Assembly (NCBI GenBank): GCA_964016885.1
Contig: CAXHJY010000184.1
Span: 248,001 to 312,000, forward strand
Direction of reading: 5' to 3'
Origin: Eledone cirrhosa
Taxonomy: Eukaryota
Length of the DNA: 64,000 bases
A program made the position numbers and the translations under genes. This document shows, in pieces, positions 40,676-53,542 of this stretch. The notes under the pieces are model-generated. The model did not search any database. It was not told where the DNA came from and saw only the letters and a program-made list of their open reading frames with translations. Numbering within the stretch: the first letter of the stretch is position 1; every line of letters starts with the position of its first letter.

Positions 40676-40928
40676 GAAGATAAATTAACGGAGCCATAGA
40701 GTCGCGTTATTCCCTGTAAATTATGTGCTCAAAGGGAAAGGAATCCTATACATATTGTATATGTATATATATATATGCATGTATATATGTATTTGTATAT
40801 ATGTATATGTGTGTATGTATGTATGTATGTATATATATATGCATGTGTATATATATATATAGATGTAATCTGAATTTTATAGATGTAATCTGAATAGTAT
40901 GTTAGAATATTAAGTGTTAAGTGTTAAT

Positions 40929-40967
40929 TGAACAAGTACTTTCATGCTTTCGCAATCTTCAAGTTCA
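40929..40967 (-). ncRNA. Minimal type I hammerhead ribozyme motif (C3U variant) in the pLTR
   Basis: UGAAC-UUGAAGA-U-UGC-GAAA-GCA-U-GAAA-GUAC-UU-GUUCA: helix I UGAAC/GUUCA and palindromic GUAC loop III. Confidence 0.7.
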
Positions 40968-41254
40968 TATTCTGTGGTGACAGTCAAGTTTGCAATTTTC
41001 AACTGTAATGAGATGGGTAAATTTTGTGCCTTATATACAGAGAAAAGCGGCTACAGAATGCTATATTTTGCAAACTGTATTTCGACCAATTGGTGTGTAG
41101 TTTCACTGGATTACTGAAGCTGATTGGTTTAGGCGTCATGGTTGGTTGAGCATGTCTAACGACTTCTATTTGGCTCTATCCAAAGCATCAATTGTTTTGC
41201 TATTTTTAGAAATGATGTAAATAGCATTTTCTAGGGTTTTTATACCCCTAAGAA

Positions 41255-41545
41255 TTATAATTGTTCATTTAGCTTGGGTTGGAATTTATCAATAAAATTC
41301 TTTTCTTTGATTTTTCTCTTGATTTCACTTGGCCTGTGTAATTTGTAGAATGGAAATATAAATATTTTCTGACCACATGTTGCTAGATGGTTACTCAGGG
41401 GTATCTGACGGACATTTGGGTCTCTGATTTGCTGTCGGTGCACCCGTGCACGTTCCGATAGTGCATTTCCAGTTTGACCGACATATAGTTCTTCACAATT
41501 CGGGCATTTAATGCAGTAAATTAGATTTCTGCTTTTGTAGTTCAT
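41255..41545 (-). pseudogene. GIY-YIG endonuclease fragment of a Penelope-like element
   Basis: NLIYCIKCPNCEELYVGQT...LSERARVHR...HL..C...E..FI.KF.PKLN, the PLE GIY-YIG signature. The RT domain is absent. Confidence 0.9.
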
Positions 41546-41851
41546 ATTTGCATTTGGGAATATTTTTCAAAATTCCAACCCAAACTAAATGAACAATAAT
41601 AATTCTTAGGGGTATAAAACCCTAGAAAATGCTATTTTCATCATTTCTAAAAATAGCAAAACAATTGATGCTTTGAATAGATGCCAAATAGAAGTTGTTA
41701 GACATGCCCAACCAACCGTGATGCCTAAACCAATCAGCTTCAGTAATCCAGTGAAACTACACATGTAGCCGCTTTTCACTGTATATAAGGCACAAAATTT
41801 ACCCATCTCATTACAGTTGAAAATTGTAAACTTGACTGTCACCACAGAATA

Positions 41852-41890
41852 TGAACCTGAAGATTGCGAAAGCATGAAATTACTTGTTCA
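41852..41890 (+). ncRNA. Minimal type I hammerhead ribozyme motif in the inverted pLTR
   Basis: UGAAC-CUGAAGA-U-UGC-GAAA-GCA-U-GAAA-UUAC-UU-GUUCA, with an intact CUGANGA/GAAA/UH core. Confidence 0.75.
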
Positions 41891-42316
41891 ATTAAAACTT
41901 AACACTTAATATTCTACCATACTATTTCATTCTAATACCATTATAATTTTAAAGGATTGTAAATAAAACGAGTAAATCAGACAAAGTTGTAAAAGTCTGA
42001 GAGATTGGCTACATATGTTTTATATATATATTTTTTTTGTTTAGATGGAAGACAAAACAAAGAAGATGAATACAAAGATGAATACAAAGATGAAGATAAA
42101 GATGAAGAACCTCACTGCACCGCACTGCACAACACCACACTGCACAACACCACACTGCACCGCACCACATCACACCACACCCCATAAAAATAATACAACA
42201 CTACACCACACTACTCCACTCCACATAAAAACACACCACAACACACCACACTACTCCACTCCACATAAAAACACACCACAACACACCACTCCACACACAC
42301 CACATAACACCCAACA

Positions 42317-43357
42317 TTTTTTCCTCATCTTTTTTTCATGTGTTATCAACTAATCCGAACTCCAAGATGTTTGTTATTGACTCTCTCTTCATGGAAAACT
42401 TAGGTGGATGCACTTCTCTCATTTAACCCCAGAGTTTTCTCATGTTATCAACGAATATGACCTCCAAACCAGTTGGAAATGATTAGTTGTTCTAGGGAAA
42501 AGGAGGGGTAAAGCAGGTGGAAAAGCCATTGTCGTTTTGTAGATATATACCCTAATGATTTTTCTTCGGTCTCCTTTTCAGTGCTATCAACTAATCTGAC
42601 CTTTTAGTTGCTCTGAATCAATTTTTTTTTTCTGGGATTTGGAAACTAAATTAAACATAAAATTAAATCTAGCCCCAACCCTAAATCTAAACCAAACCAA
42701 GCTAAATGTAAACCCTAAACATTACCCCAACCATAAAACTAAACCCTAAACATTACCCCAACCCTAAAACTAAACCCTAAACTTTACCCCAAACCTAAAG
42801 CTAAACCCTAAACTTTACCCCAAACCTAAAGCTAAACTCTAAACTTTACCCCAAACCTAAAGCTAAACCCTAAACTTTACCCCAACCCTAAAACTAAACC
42901 CTAAACATTACCCCAACCCTAAACCTAACCCAGGGAAATAAGTTGATTGGAAGCATCTAGGAGGTCAGATTAATTAATAGCACAGGAAATAGCATAGGAA
43001 ATAGCATAGGAAATAGCATAGGAAATAGCATAGGAAATAGCACAGGAAATTAATAGCACAGGAAATATACCGAAAATGATTAAGTCCCACAACATGTGAG
43101 TGGGGTGTAGATCTGTAAAACTCTTCCCCTCTCCCTCTCCTCTTTCTCCAAAGCTAGTTGTTTTTGACTGGTTTGGAAGTCATATTCACTGATAACGCAT
43201 GAAAATAGAATCAAAGAGAAAATTCCGAGTAAGCAGGGGTTATCCGGGTGAAGGGGGAACCACCTCACCCCGCCGTTTTCCTGGGGGGAGAAAGTCGGTT
43301 TCAAGCATCTTGGAGATTGGATTAGTTGATAGCACATGAAAAATAGGAGGAAAAAAT
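42317..43357. mobile_element. Degenerate fold-back element with ~320-420-bp imperfect arms and a central telomere-like ~31-bp repeat (AAACCCTAAACATTACCCCAACCCTAAAACT, ~42670-42930), flanked by (CACCA/CACAT)n tracts
   Basis: TTTTTCATGTGTTATCAACTAATCC...CTCCAAGATG pairs with CATCTTGGAG..GGATTAGTTGATAGCACATGAAAAA. Inner ends are ATCAATTTTTT..CTGGG and CCAGGGAAATAAGTTGAT. Confidence 0.7.
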
Positions 43358-44558
43358 TTCACATCACATCACACCACATCACATCTCGTCTCGTCTCATT
43401 TCACCATGCCATGCCACATTTCATCACATCACATTTCACCACATCACATCACATTTCACCACGCCACGCCACATCACATCACATGCCATCACACCACATG
43501 CTACCACACTACATCCCACCACACTCCACTACACCATATCCCACACCCTACATTGAACTACACCACACCACTGTCCACTACACTAAACCACACTCCACTA
43601 CACTACACCACACCACTGTCCACTACACTAAACCGCACACCACACTACACTACACCACACCACACCACTCTCTATTCGACTGTTTTCTATTTCGTAGGTA
43701 TGTCCAGTTACAGTAAGAGAAAGAAAGTTATTTCAAAGGATCTGAGTAAGTAAACACTTCATTGACCATCATTTTAAGCAGAATCTGTGTAGTTTTAAAT
43801 TGACCTTTTCATATGATTACACTTCAGTCTTAACTTAACCACCTGTAGATGGATGCTACACGTAATGTTAAAATTAGTTAAACACTGTTTCCCCCTTCTC
43901 ATCACATGTGGATGCTACATGTGTATTGTTAACATTAATCTAACGTTGTCCTCCTCCCCCGCCTCACCATATCATACCACACCACATCACACCATGTTGT
44001 ACCACACCAGACCACATAACACCATGCTATACCATATATATATATATGAGCTCCCCACTCGTTATATTAACTGTATCTCCTCGGTGTTTCGTGAAAGTCT
44101 GAGAGATCAGCTATATATTTGTTTACAATTTTTGTTTATATTTAGATGGAAAAGAAGAAAAAGACGACGAAGCAGATGACTAAAATGAAAATGAAAATGA
44201 CAACAAAGACAAAGAAGACACGGGAAACGAAGATGACGAAAAGAAGTATGATCTCAGTTCAGTCTAAACCTAATGATTTATAGATATGATCTTAGTTCAG
44301 CCTTAACCTAATGACCTGCAGATACGATCTATTTAGGTTTAACTTAAACATTCAAAGATATTTGTATATACTTTTGTTGATGTTTGACATTGTATTTTAG
44401 TTATGAAATAGCTTATAAGCTACATTATAGGATCACAGTGCATGAGCACACTGCTCTTTAAATTAACTTTATCTCCTCAGCACTTTGTAAAGTCTGAGAG
44501 ATAGGCAACATATATGTTTTACATTCTTTGTTTTTGGTATTTAGATGGCAGCGGAGAA

Positions 44559-44778
44559 GATAAAGGCACAGAAGAAGTCAAAAGCACAGAAGAAGTCAAA
44601 GGCACAGAAGCAGTCAAAGGCACAGAAGCAGTCAAAGGCACAGAAGCAGTCAAAGGCACAGAAGCAGTCAAAGGCACAGAAGCAGTCAAAAGCACAGAAG
44701 AAGTCAAAGGCACAGAAGCAGTCAAAGGCACAGAAGCAGCTAAAGGCACAGAAGAAGACAAAGGCACAGAAGAAGACA
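44559..44778. repeat. 18-bp tandem repeat AAAGGCACAGAAG(C/A)AGTC, about 12 copies
   Basis: Seen directly; reads KGTEAV in one frame. Confidence 0.95.
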
Positions 44779-45004
44779 AAGAAAATGAACAAGAACAATT
44801 ATTATTACTATTATTATTGTTATTATTATTTGAATTATTATAATCAAACTAAGCCACACTACATCAACCTATACCATACCACACCACACTGACAAACATT
44901 ATAACCATACCACATTATCCAACACCACACTACGAAACACTATACTTTACCACACTATATCACACCACTCAAGTTAGAGAGGATCAACTTTTTTCCTGGA
45001 AAGT

Positions 45005-48000
45005 AGAAAACCTAACTTTAAGCTAAAACCGAACTTTAAAAATAACACTTGCACTCACACATGCTCTAACAGTGAACTTAGCGCTAACATGAAAACTAAC
45101 ACAAAGACTAACCTGAACACTAACACTAAAACTGACACGAACACTAACCTGAACACCAGCACTAAAACTAACACTACCGTAAACACTAACCTGAACACTT
45201 ACACTAAAACTAACATTAGCACGAACACTAGCACTAAAACTAACACTACCATAAACACTAACACTGACCTGAGCACTAACACTAAAAGTAACACTAACAC
45301 AAACACTAATCTGAAAACTGATACTAACCAGAAAACTAAGCTAACATTAACTTCAACACTAACACAAATATTAACACAAAAACAAACAGTAACGCAATCT
45401 CTAACACTAACCTCAACACTAAAACTAACATTAACTTGAACACTAACATAAACACTAATGCTAACATTAACGCTAACCTTAACACAAAAACAAAGACTAA
45501 CGCTAACACAATCACTAACACTAATGGAAACATCAAACACTAATGCTAACAGAGATACTAACACAAATATTAACACAAAAACAAATACTAACACTAAACT
45601 TAACACTAAAACTAACATTAACCTTAACACTAAAACTAACATTAACTTGAACACTAACACTAACCTGAACACTTACACTGAAACTAACACTACCACAAAT
45701 ACTAACACTGACCTGAGCACTAACACTAAAAGTAACACTAACACAAACACTAATCTGAAAACTGATACTAACCAGAAAACTAAGCTAACATTAACTTCAA
45801 CACTAAAATAAACACTAACGCTAACAGAGATACCAACACAAATATTAACACAAAAACAAACACTAACGCAATCTCTAACACTAACATTAACTTGAACACT
45901 AACATAAACACTAATGCTAACACTAACAGAAATACTAATGCTAACATTAACCTTAACACAAAAACAAAGACTAACGCTAACACAATCTCTAACACTAATG
46001 GAAACATCAAACACTAATGCTAACAGAGATACTAACACAAAAACAAATACTAACACTAACACAATCTCTAACACTAACTTGAACACTAACACTAACCTGA
46101 AAACTAACACAAACACTCATGCTAACACTAACAGAAATACTAATGCTAACATTAACACAAAAACAAAGACTAACGCTAACACAATCACTAACACTAATGG
46201 AAACATCAATCACTAATGCTAACAGAGATACTAACACAAATATTAACACAAAAACAAACACTAACCTTAACACTAAAACTAACATTAACACTTAAACTAA
46301 CACTACCATAAACAGTAACACTAACACTGATCTGAGCACTAACAGTAACACTAACACTACCATAAAAACTAACACTAACACTAACCAGAAAACTAAGCTA
46401 ACATTAACCTCAACACTAAAACTAACACTACCGTAAACACTAACACTAACCTGAGCACTGACATTAACACGAACATTAACCTGAACACTAAAACTAACAC
46501 TACCATAAACCACTAACCTGAGCACTAACATTAAAAGTAACACGAGCCCTAACCTGAAAACTAAGTCAACATTAACCTGAACACTAACACTAACAAAAAT
46601 GCTAACACTAATACAAAATCAAACACTAACGCCAACGCCAACGCTGACACTGACGAAGATGGCTATGCTGGCACAAACGCTAGTGCAAATGTTGACACAA
46701 TCGCTTACGCTGACAAACACTAACGTGAATACTGATGCAGGTGCAAAGGCGAATGCGGACAAAGACTCTGACGCACACGTTGATGTAAATGCTACCCAGA
46801 CTCTAACGCTGACACTGATATAAAAAAACAAATGCAGACACTAATGCAAACAGACGCAAAAGTTGATCCAGATGTTAAAGCAAACGCAAACGATGACAGC
46901 GATGCTAATGTGAACCTTAATGCAGGCGTAAACATTGACGTAGAAGCTAAAGGAAACACTAATGAAAATGCTGACGCAGACGCTGACACAGACACAGACA
47001 CACGTTAACACAGATGCTAACGTAAACACTGACGCAGATGCTAATATAAACGCTGACACAGATGCTAACATAAACGCTGACGCTGATGTAGATGTGAATA
47101 CAGACACTGACACAGACGTAGAAGCTAACACACACGCTGACACAGACACTAATGTAAGCGCTGACATAGAAGCTAATGTAGATGCTGACATAGAAGCTAA
47201 CGTAAATGATGATGTAGATGTTAACGTAGACGCTGACGTAGAAGCTAACGTAGATGCTGATGTAGAAGCAAACGTAAACGCTGACGTAGAAGCTAACAAA
47301 ACGCTGACGTAGTTGTTACGTAGAAGCAGGCGTAGAAGTTAGCGTTTACCCTTACCGCCGAAGCTGATCTCCAAAACGCAATTGCTGATGCGGATTGCTG
47401 AAGCCAAAGCCAAGCTAACGCTGACGCAAATGTTGAGGCAGTATTGCCAGGCGCTGACGTGTATGCTGACGCTAACGCAAATGCTGATGCGGACGCTAGG
47501 GCTAAGGCTAACGCTAACGCTGACGCAAATGCTGAAGTTAACGCTTACATGGGATATGCAGACGCTGCAATGATGCGGACGCCACAGGAAAGGTTAATGG
47601 AAACGCTAATGCTAACGGAAAACGCTGACGTACACGTTACGGAAACGCTGACGTAGAAGCTCACGTAAACGCTGGCACAGACTCTAACGTAAACGCTGAC
47701 ACAGACGCTAACGTAAACACTGATGTTAACTGAAACGCTGACGCTGATGTAGATGTAAATACTGATGCTGACACAGACGAAAACGCTGACGTAGAAGCTA
47801 ATATACACACTGACACAGACGCTAACGGAAATGCTGACAAAGACTAATGTGAATGCTGATGCAGATGCTGACACAAATGCTAACCCCTACACAAATGCAA
47901 ACGCTGATGCTAACACTGACTCAAACACTAATGCAAATGCTGACGTGCACACTGATGCTGACGCGGACGCTAATGATAATGCTGACTCAGAAGCTGACGT

Positions 48001-48296
48001 AGACGCAGGCACTGAAACAAACACTAATGCTAACACTAATGTTGACTTAGACACTAAGGGAAATGCTGACACAATCACTATCACCAGTGCAGACGCTGAC
48101 GCAAATGCTGACACTTACGCAAACACTAACACCAGTTTACATAGACACTAACACAAAAGCTTACATAGACGCTTATGCAAATGCTAACGCTGATGCAGAC
48201 AGTAACGCAAACAGTGACAGTAATGCTAACAGTAACACAGTCACTAACAATAAACTTACCATTAACAGTAAAACTTACCCTAAATCTAACATGAAC
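45005..48296. repeat. 3.3-kb degenerate hexamer array drifting from ACTAAC to GCTGAC/GCTAAT
   Basis: 6-bp periodicity throughout, with internal block duplications (e.g. GAAAACTAAGCTAACATTAAC three times). Translates as TN/AD/AN dipeptide runs broken by frameshifts. Confidence 0.85.
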
Positions 48297-48414
48297 CCAG
48301 AGAAAAAGTCATTTGCAATCACATTTAAGCTCACTCTTTAAGATATAGAAGATAGGCATTACATTTTAATGATTTTAATTTAAAGAGAAACACGCTATAT
48401 GATGCAATGCAACA

Positions 48415-51400
48415 CAATAACACACCACACTACACTAACCTACACTACACCAAACCAGATTATACCATACCTTGGTAAATTTATGATAGGCTTCTATGTT
48501 ATAACTACACCAAACCAAACCTCACCATAACAAACTACACCATACTACATCACACCATGCTATTAATCTCAGTGAGAACATTTTTCTTCCTGTTTTTTTT
48601 TTTTTTTCTGTGTGTGTGTGCTTACCACCCAATCTGATATCAAAGGTGCTCACAAATGATTATTTTTTTACACATTATCAATGTATATAACATGGAAACG
48701 TATCATTTGCAATAGGTTCCCATGTCATAACTACAACAATCCAAACCACACCATAACCAACTACACCATTCTACAGCACACCATGCTTTTGATCTCAGTG
48801 TGAAAAATTTTCTTCCTGTTTCTTTTTTTTTTTTTTTTGTGTGCTCTTACCACCCAATCTGACATCAAAGGTGCTGCAATTGACTATTTTTTGCACATAT
48901 TATCAATAATTATGACATGGAAACCTGATGAAAATGACTAGCTTTGTAGAAAAAAGAGGGAGGATGTGGGTGGAAATACCATTTACAAAGCTAGTCATTT
49001 TTTATTGCAGCGGAAGTCATATTTTTTGATAATATGCTAAAAGCATAGTTCACTGCGAGCTTCTTGGAAGTTGATAACACGTGCAAAAATGAATGAAAAA
49101 TTTTTTTTTCTAACATAAATCAAAGTGGAAATTTAAATCCTCACTTGTAACAAAGCACACCACAGCACATTAATCTACCTCAATCCACACCATAACCATA
49201 CTTCACTATATGGTAATTTATTACAGAACACATACTCCTACCATTTACATCACATGGACGTTAATGTGACAAATTTGCTACTTGCATTTCTTTTTTTTTT
49301 TTGTGGTTACCACCTCAAACTAACATCAAAGGTGCTTGCAAATGACTATTTTCCCACACATTATCAATGAATATGACATGGGAATCTATCGTTTACAATT
49401 GGTTTCCATTTCATAACTTCACCAAACCAAACCAAACCACACCAAGTTACACCATACTACATCACACCAAGCTATTGATCTTGGTGTGAAAAATTTTCTT
49501 TCCATTTCCTTTTTTTTTTGTGTGTGTGCTTACCACCCAATCTGACATTAAAGGTGCTCCGAATTGACTATTTTTTTTTCCACTTATCAATAAATATGAC
49601 ATGGAAACCTGTCGAAAATGACTATCTTTGTAGAAACTTCACCAAATCACACCAAGATATTGATTTTGGTGTGACAAATTTTCATCTGGCATTTTTTTTT
49701 TTTTTTTTGCTTACCACCCAATTTGACATAAAAGGTGCTCGCAAATTACTATTTTATGAACATATTATCAATGGTTATGACATGGAAACCTGATGAAAAT
49801 GACTAGTTTTGTAGAAAAAAGAGGGAGGATGTTGGTGGAAATACCATTTAAAAAGCTAGTCATTTTTTATTGCAGTGGAAGTCATATTTTTTGTTAATAT
49901 GCTAAAAGCATAGTCCACTGCGAGCTTCTTGGAAGTTGATAACGCATGCAAAAATGAATGAAAAATTTTTTTTTCTAACATAAATCAAAGTGGAAATTTA
50001 AATCCTCACTTATAACAAAGCACACCACAGCACATTAATCTACCTCAATCCACACCATAACCATACTTCACTATATGGTAATTTATTACAGAACACATAC
50101 TCCTACCATTTACATCACTTGGACATTAACGTGACAAATTTGCTACTTGCTTTTTTTTTCTTTTTGTGGTTACCACCTCAAACTAACATCAAAGGTGCTT
50201 GCAAATGACTATTTTCCCACACATTATCAATGAATATGACATGGGAATCTATCGTTTACAATTGGTTTCCATTTCATAACTTCACCAAACCAAACCACAC
50301 CATACCAAGTTACACCATACTACATCGCACCAAGCTATTGATCTTGGTGTGAAAAATTTTTTTCCTGTTTCCTTTTTTTTTTTTGTGTGTGTGCTTACCA
50401 CCCAATCTGACATTAAAGGTGCTCCCAATTGACTATTTTTTTTTCCACTTATCAATAATTATGACATGGAAACCTATAGAAACATCACCAAACCACACCA
50501 TACTACATCACACCAAGATATTGATTTTGCTGTGACAAATTTTCATCTGATATTTTTTTTTTTTTTTTTTGCTTACCACCCAATTTGACATAAAAGTTGC
50601 TCGCAAATTACTATTTTATGAACATATTATCAATGGTTATGACATGGAAACCTGATGAAAATGACTAGCTTTGTAGAAAAAAGAGGGAGGATGTGGGTGG
50701 AAATACCATTTACAAAGCTAGTCATTTTTTATTGCAGTGGAAGTCATATTTTTTGTTAATATGCTAAAAGCATAGTCCACTGCGAGCTTCTTGGAAGTTG
50801 ATAACGCATGCAAAAATGAATGAAAAATTTTTTTTTCTAACATAATTCAAAGTGGAAATTTAAATCCTCACTTGTAACAAAGCACACCACAGCACATTAA
50901 TCTACCTCAATCCACACCATAACCATACTTCACTATATGGTAATTTATTACAGAACACATACTCCTACCATTTACATCACATGGACATTAATGTGACAAA
51001 TTTGCTACTTGCATTTCTTTTTTTTTTTTGTGGTTACCACCTCAAACTAACATCAAAGGTGCTTGCAAATGACTATTTTCCCACACATTATCAATGAATA
51101 TGACATGGGAATCTATCGTTTACAATTGGTTTCTATTTCATAACTTCACCAAACCAAACCACACCATACCAAGTTACACCATACTACATCACACCAAGCT
51201 ATTGATCTTGGTGTGAAAAATTTTCTTTCCATTTCCTTTTTTTTTTGTGTGTGTGCTTACCACCCAATCTGACATTAAAGGTGCTCCGAATTGACTATTT
51301 TTTTTTCCACTTATCAATAAATATGACATGGAAACCTGTCGAAAATGACTATCTTTGTAGAAACTTCACCAAATCACACCAAGATATTGATTTTGGTGTG

Positions 51401-52965
51401 ACAAATTTTCATCTGGCATTTTTTTTTTTTTTTTTGCTTACCACCCAATTTGACATAAAAGGTGCTCGCAAATTACTATTTTATGAACATATTATCAATG
51501 GTTATGACATGGAAACCTGATGAAAATGACTAGTTTTGTAGAAAAAAGAGGGAGGATGTTGGTGGAAATACCATTTAAAAAGCTAGTCATTTTTTATTGC
51601 AGTGGAAGTCATATTTTTTGTTAATATGCTAAAAGCATAGTCCACTGCGAGCTTCTTGGAAGTTGATAACGCAGGCAAAAATGAATGAAAAATTTTTTTT
51701 TCTAACATAAATCAAAGTGGAAATTTAAATCCTCACTTATAACAAAGCACACCACAGCACATTAATCTACCTCAATCCACACCATAACCATACTTCACTA
51801 TATGGTAATTTATTACAGAAGACATACTCCTACCATTTACATCACTTGGACATTAACGTGACAAATTTGCTACTTGCGTTTTTTTTCTTTTTGTGGTTAC
51901 CACCTCAAACTAACATCAAAGGTGCTTGCAAATGACTATTTTCCCACACATTATCAATGAATATGACATGGGAATCTATCGTTTACAATTGGTTTCCATT
52001 TCATAACTTCACCAAACCAAACCACACCATACCAAGTTACACCATACTACATCGCACCAAGCTATTGATCTAGGTGTGAAAAATTTTCTTCCCATTGCCT
52101 TTTTTTTTTGTGTGTGTGCTTACCACCCAATCTGACATTAAAGGTGCTCCGAATTGACTATTTTTTTTTCCACTTATCAATAAATATGACATGGAAACCT
52201 GTCGAAAATGACTATCTTTGTAGAAACTTCACCAAACCACACCATACTACATCACACCAAGATATTGAGTTTGGTGTGACAAATTTTCACCTGGCAATTT
52301 TTTTTTTTGTGTTTTCCACCCAATTTGACATAAAAGGTGCTCGCAAATTACTATTTTATGCACATATTATCAATGGTTATGACATTGAAACCTGATGAAA
52401 ATGACTAGCTTTGTAAAAAAAGGAGGGAGGATGTGGGTGGAAATACCATTTACAAAGCTAGTCATTTTTTATTGCAGCGGAAGTCATATTTTTTGTTAAT
52501 ATGCTAAAAGCATAGTCCACTGCGAGCTTCTTGGAAGTTGATAACACATGCAAAAATGAATGAAACATTTTTTTTCTAACATAAATCAAAGTGGAAATTT
52601 AAATCCTCACTTATAACAAAGCACACCACAGCACATTAATCTACCTCAATCCACACCATAACCATACTTCACTATATGGTAATTTATTACAGAACACCTA
52701 CTCCTACCATTTACATCACACCAATGCTCACAGTTGACTATTTTTTTCACATATTATGAATGAATATAACTTTGAAACCTATCGTCAATGATTAGCTTTG
52801 TAGAAAAATGAAGGCAGAAAGTGGGTGGAAAAACCATTCACAAAGCTAGTCATTTTTAATTGCAGTGGAAATCATATTTGTTGTTAATATGCTAAAATAA
52901 TAGTCAATTGCAAGCATTTTGGAGGTCGGATTAGTCGATAGGACATAAAAAAAACAAAGGAAAAC
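48415..52965. repeat. Complex satellite with ~865-bp unit (~5 copies), arranged as an alternating ~1727-bp dimer and built from ~200-240-bp subunits containing a hairpin
   Basis: Marker GAGGGAGGATG at ~48956, 49821, 50683, 51548 and 52423. Identical spurious ORFs at 49518 and 51245. Stem AAAATGACTAGCTTTGTA/TACAAAGCTAGTCATTTT. Confidence 0.92.
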
Positions 52966-53113
52966 AAAAATTGTCTATATGTTCCTGTGGAAAGTCGGGT
53001 TTTCTGTGTGACGCCAGAGGTCATGGTCGTGTGTCATTGCCCTTGAGAGGTGCAATTAGGAAAGCTCGGCTTATAAATATTTACTTCTGCATTCACAGAT
53101 TGATTTTTTTTTT

Positions 53114-53165
53114 AGTTTCAGAAGATCCCATTAAGGGTGAAAGCAGCCAATTCTTTGCTTAAACT
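53114..53165 (+). ncRNA. Type I hammerhead-like motif with variant core CAGAAGA
   Basis: AGUUU-CAGAAGA-U-CCC-AUUAA-GGG-U-GAAA-GCA-loop-UGC-UU-AAACU; helices I, II and III all pair. Confidence 0.65.
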
Positions 53166-53490
53166 TTAATCTGTTATTTTAATAAATATTTGCTCTACGG
53201 TTCTTATATATTTGATATATATTTATCCTTATCGAGCCCTCTTTGGATGTTAGCCTTCAAATTTATTATTATTACTATTTGGCTCCCTTGATTGAGTACT
53301 CTATTGACTTATATTCATAATGCAGAAACATCTGAATATTTCTACAAAGAACATACCCGTACCAAGCAAGAAGAAATACCTAAAACTACGTCTCCACGAA
53401 CCAAAGTATCGCCTTCCTGTCTTCTTTCGGTTGCAACGTTTTTCGAAATATTTACTTCTGCATTCATAGATTGATTTTTTTTTCTTTTTT

Positions 53491-53542
53491 AGTTTCAGAA
53501 GATCCCATTAAGGGTGAAAGCAGCCGATTCTTTGCTTAAACT
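53491..53542 (+). ncRNA. Second copy of the CAGAAGA hammerhead-like motif
   Basis: Same sequence except one change in loop III (GCCGATTC). Confidence 0.65.

Larger units (their letters stand above)
40893..41926 (-). mobile_element. 5'-truncated Penelope-like retroelement with inverted pseudo-LTRs (40893-41287 and 41570-41926)
   Basis: ~360-390-bp inverted arms flank a GIY-YIG fragment and overlap its last codons. The arms contain CCAAT, TATATAA and a hammerhead motif. Confidence 0.88.

Noticed and set aside
42670-42930. True or interstitial telomere array
   Set aside because: The units are ~31-bp composites (AAACCCT/AACCCT/TTACCCC) inside an inverted-repeat element, not (TTAGGG)n.
31329-43753. 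His/Thr-rich and YI/CV-rich short ORFs (31329, 35413, 40451, 42045, 43336, 43406)
   Set aside because: They are translations of (CAC/CACCA)n and (TA/TG)n simple repeats.
45089-48341. Asp/Ala/Asn/Thr-rich antifreeze- or biomineralisation-like protein
   Set aside because: There are many frameshifts and stops, no signal peptide or splice structure was seen, and both strands give equally long dipeptide ORFs. A hexamer repeat explains it; it is kept only as a repeat finding.
48924-49005. Hammerhead in the 865-bp unit suggested by CTGATGA followed by GAAA
   Set aside because: The sequence between CTGATGA and the next GAAA does not form helix II, and no matching helix I/III with UH was found. The motif is part of a longer DNA hairpin.
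49518-52395. Three near-identical 91-95-aa ORFs as a tandem gene family
   Set aside because: They start at non-ATG codons in poly-T, run through homopolymer tracts of variable length, and are broken in the other repeat units.
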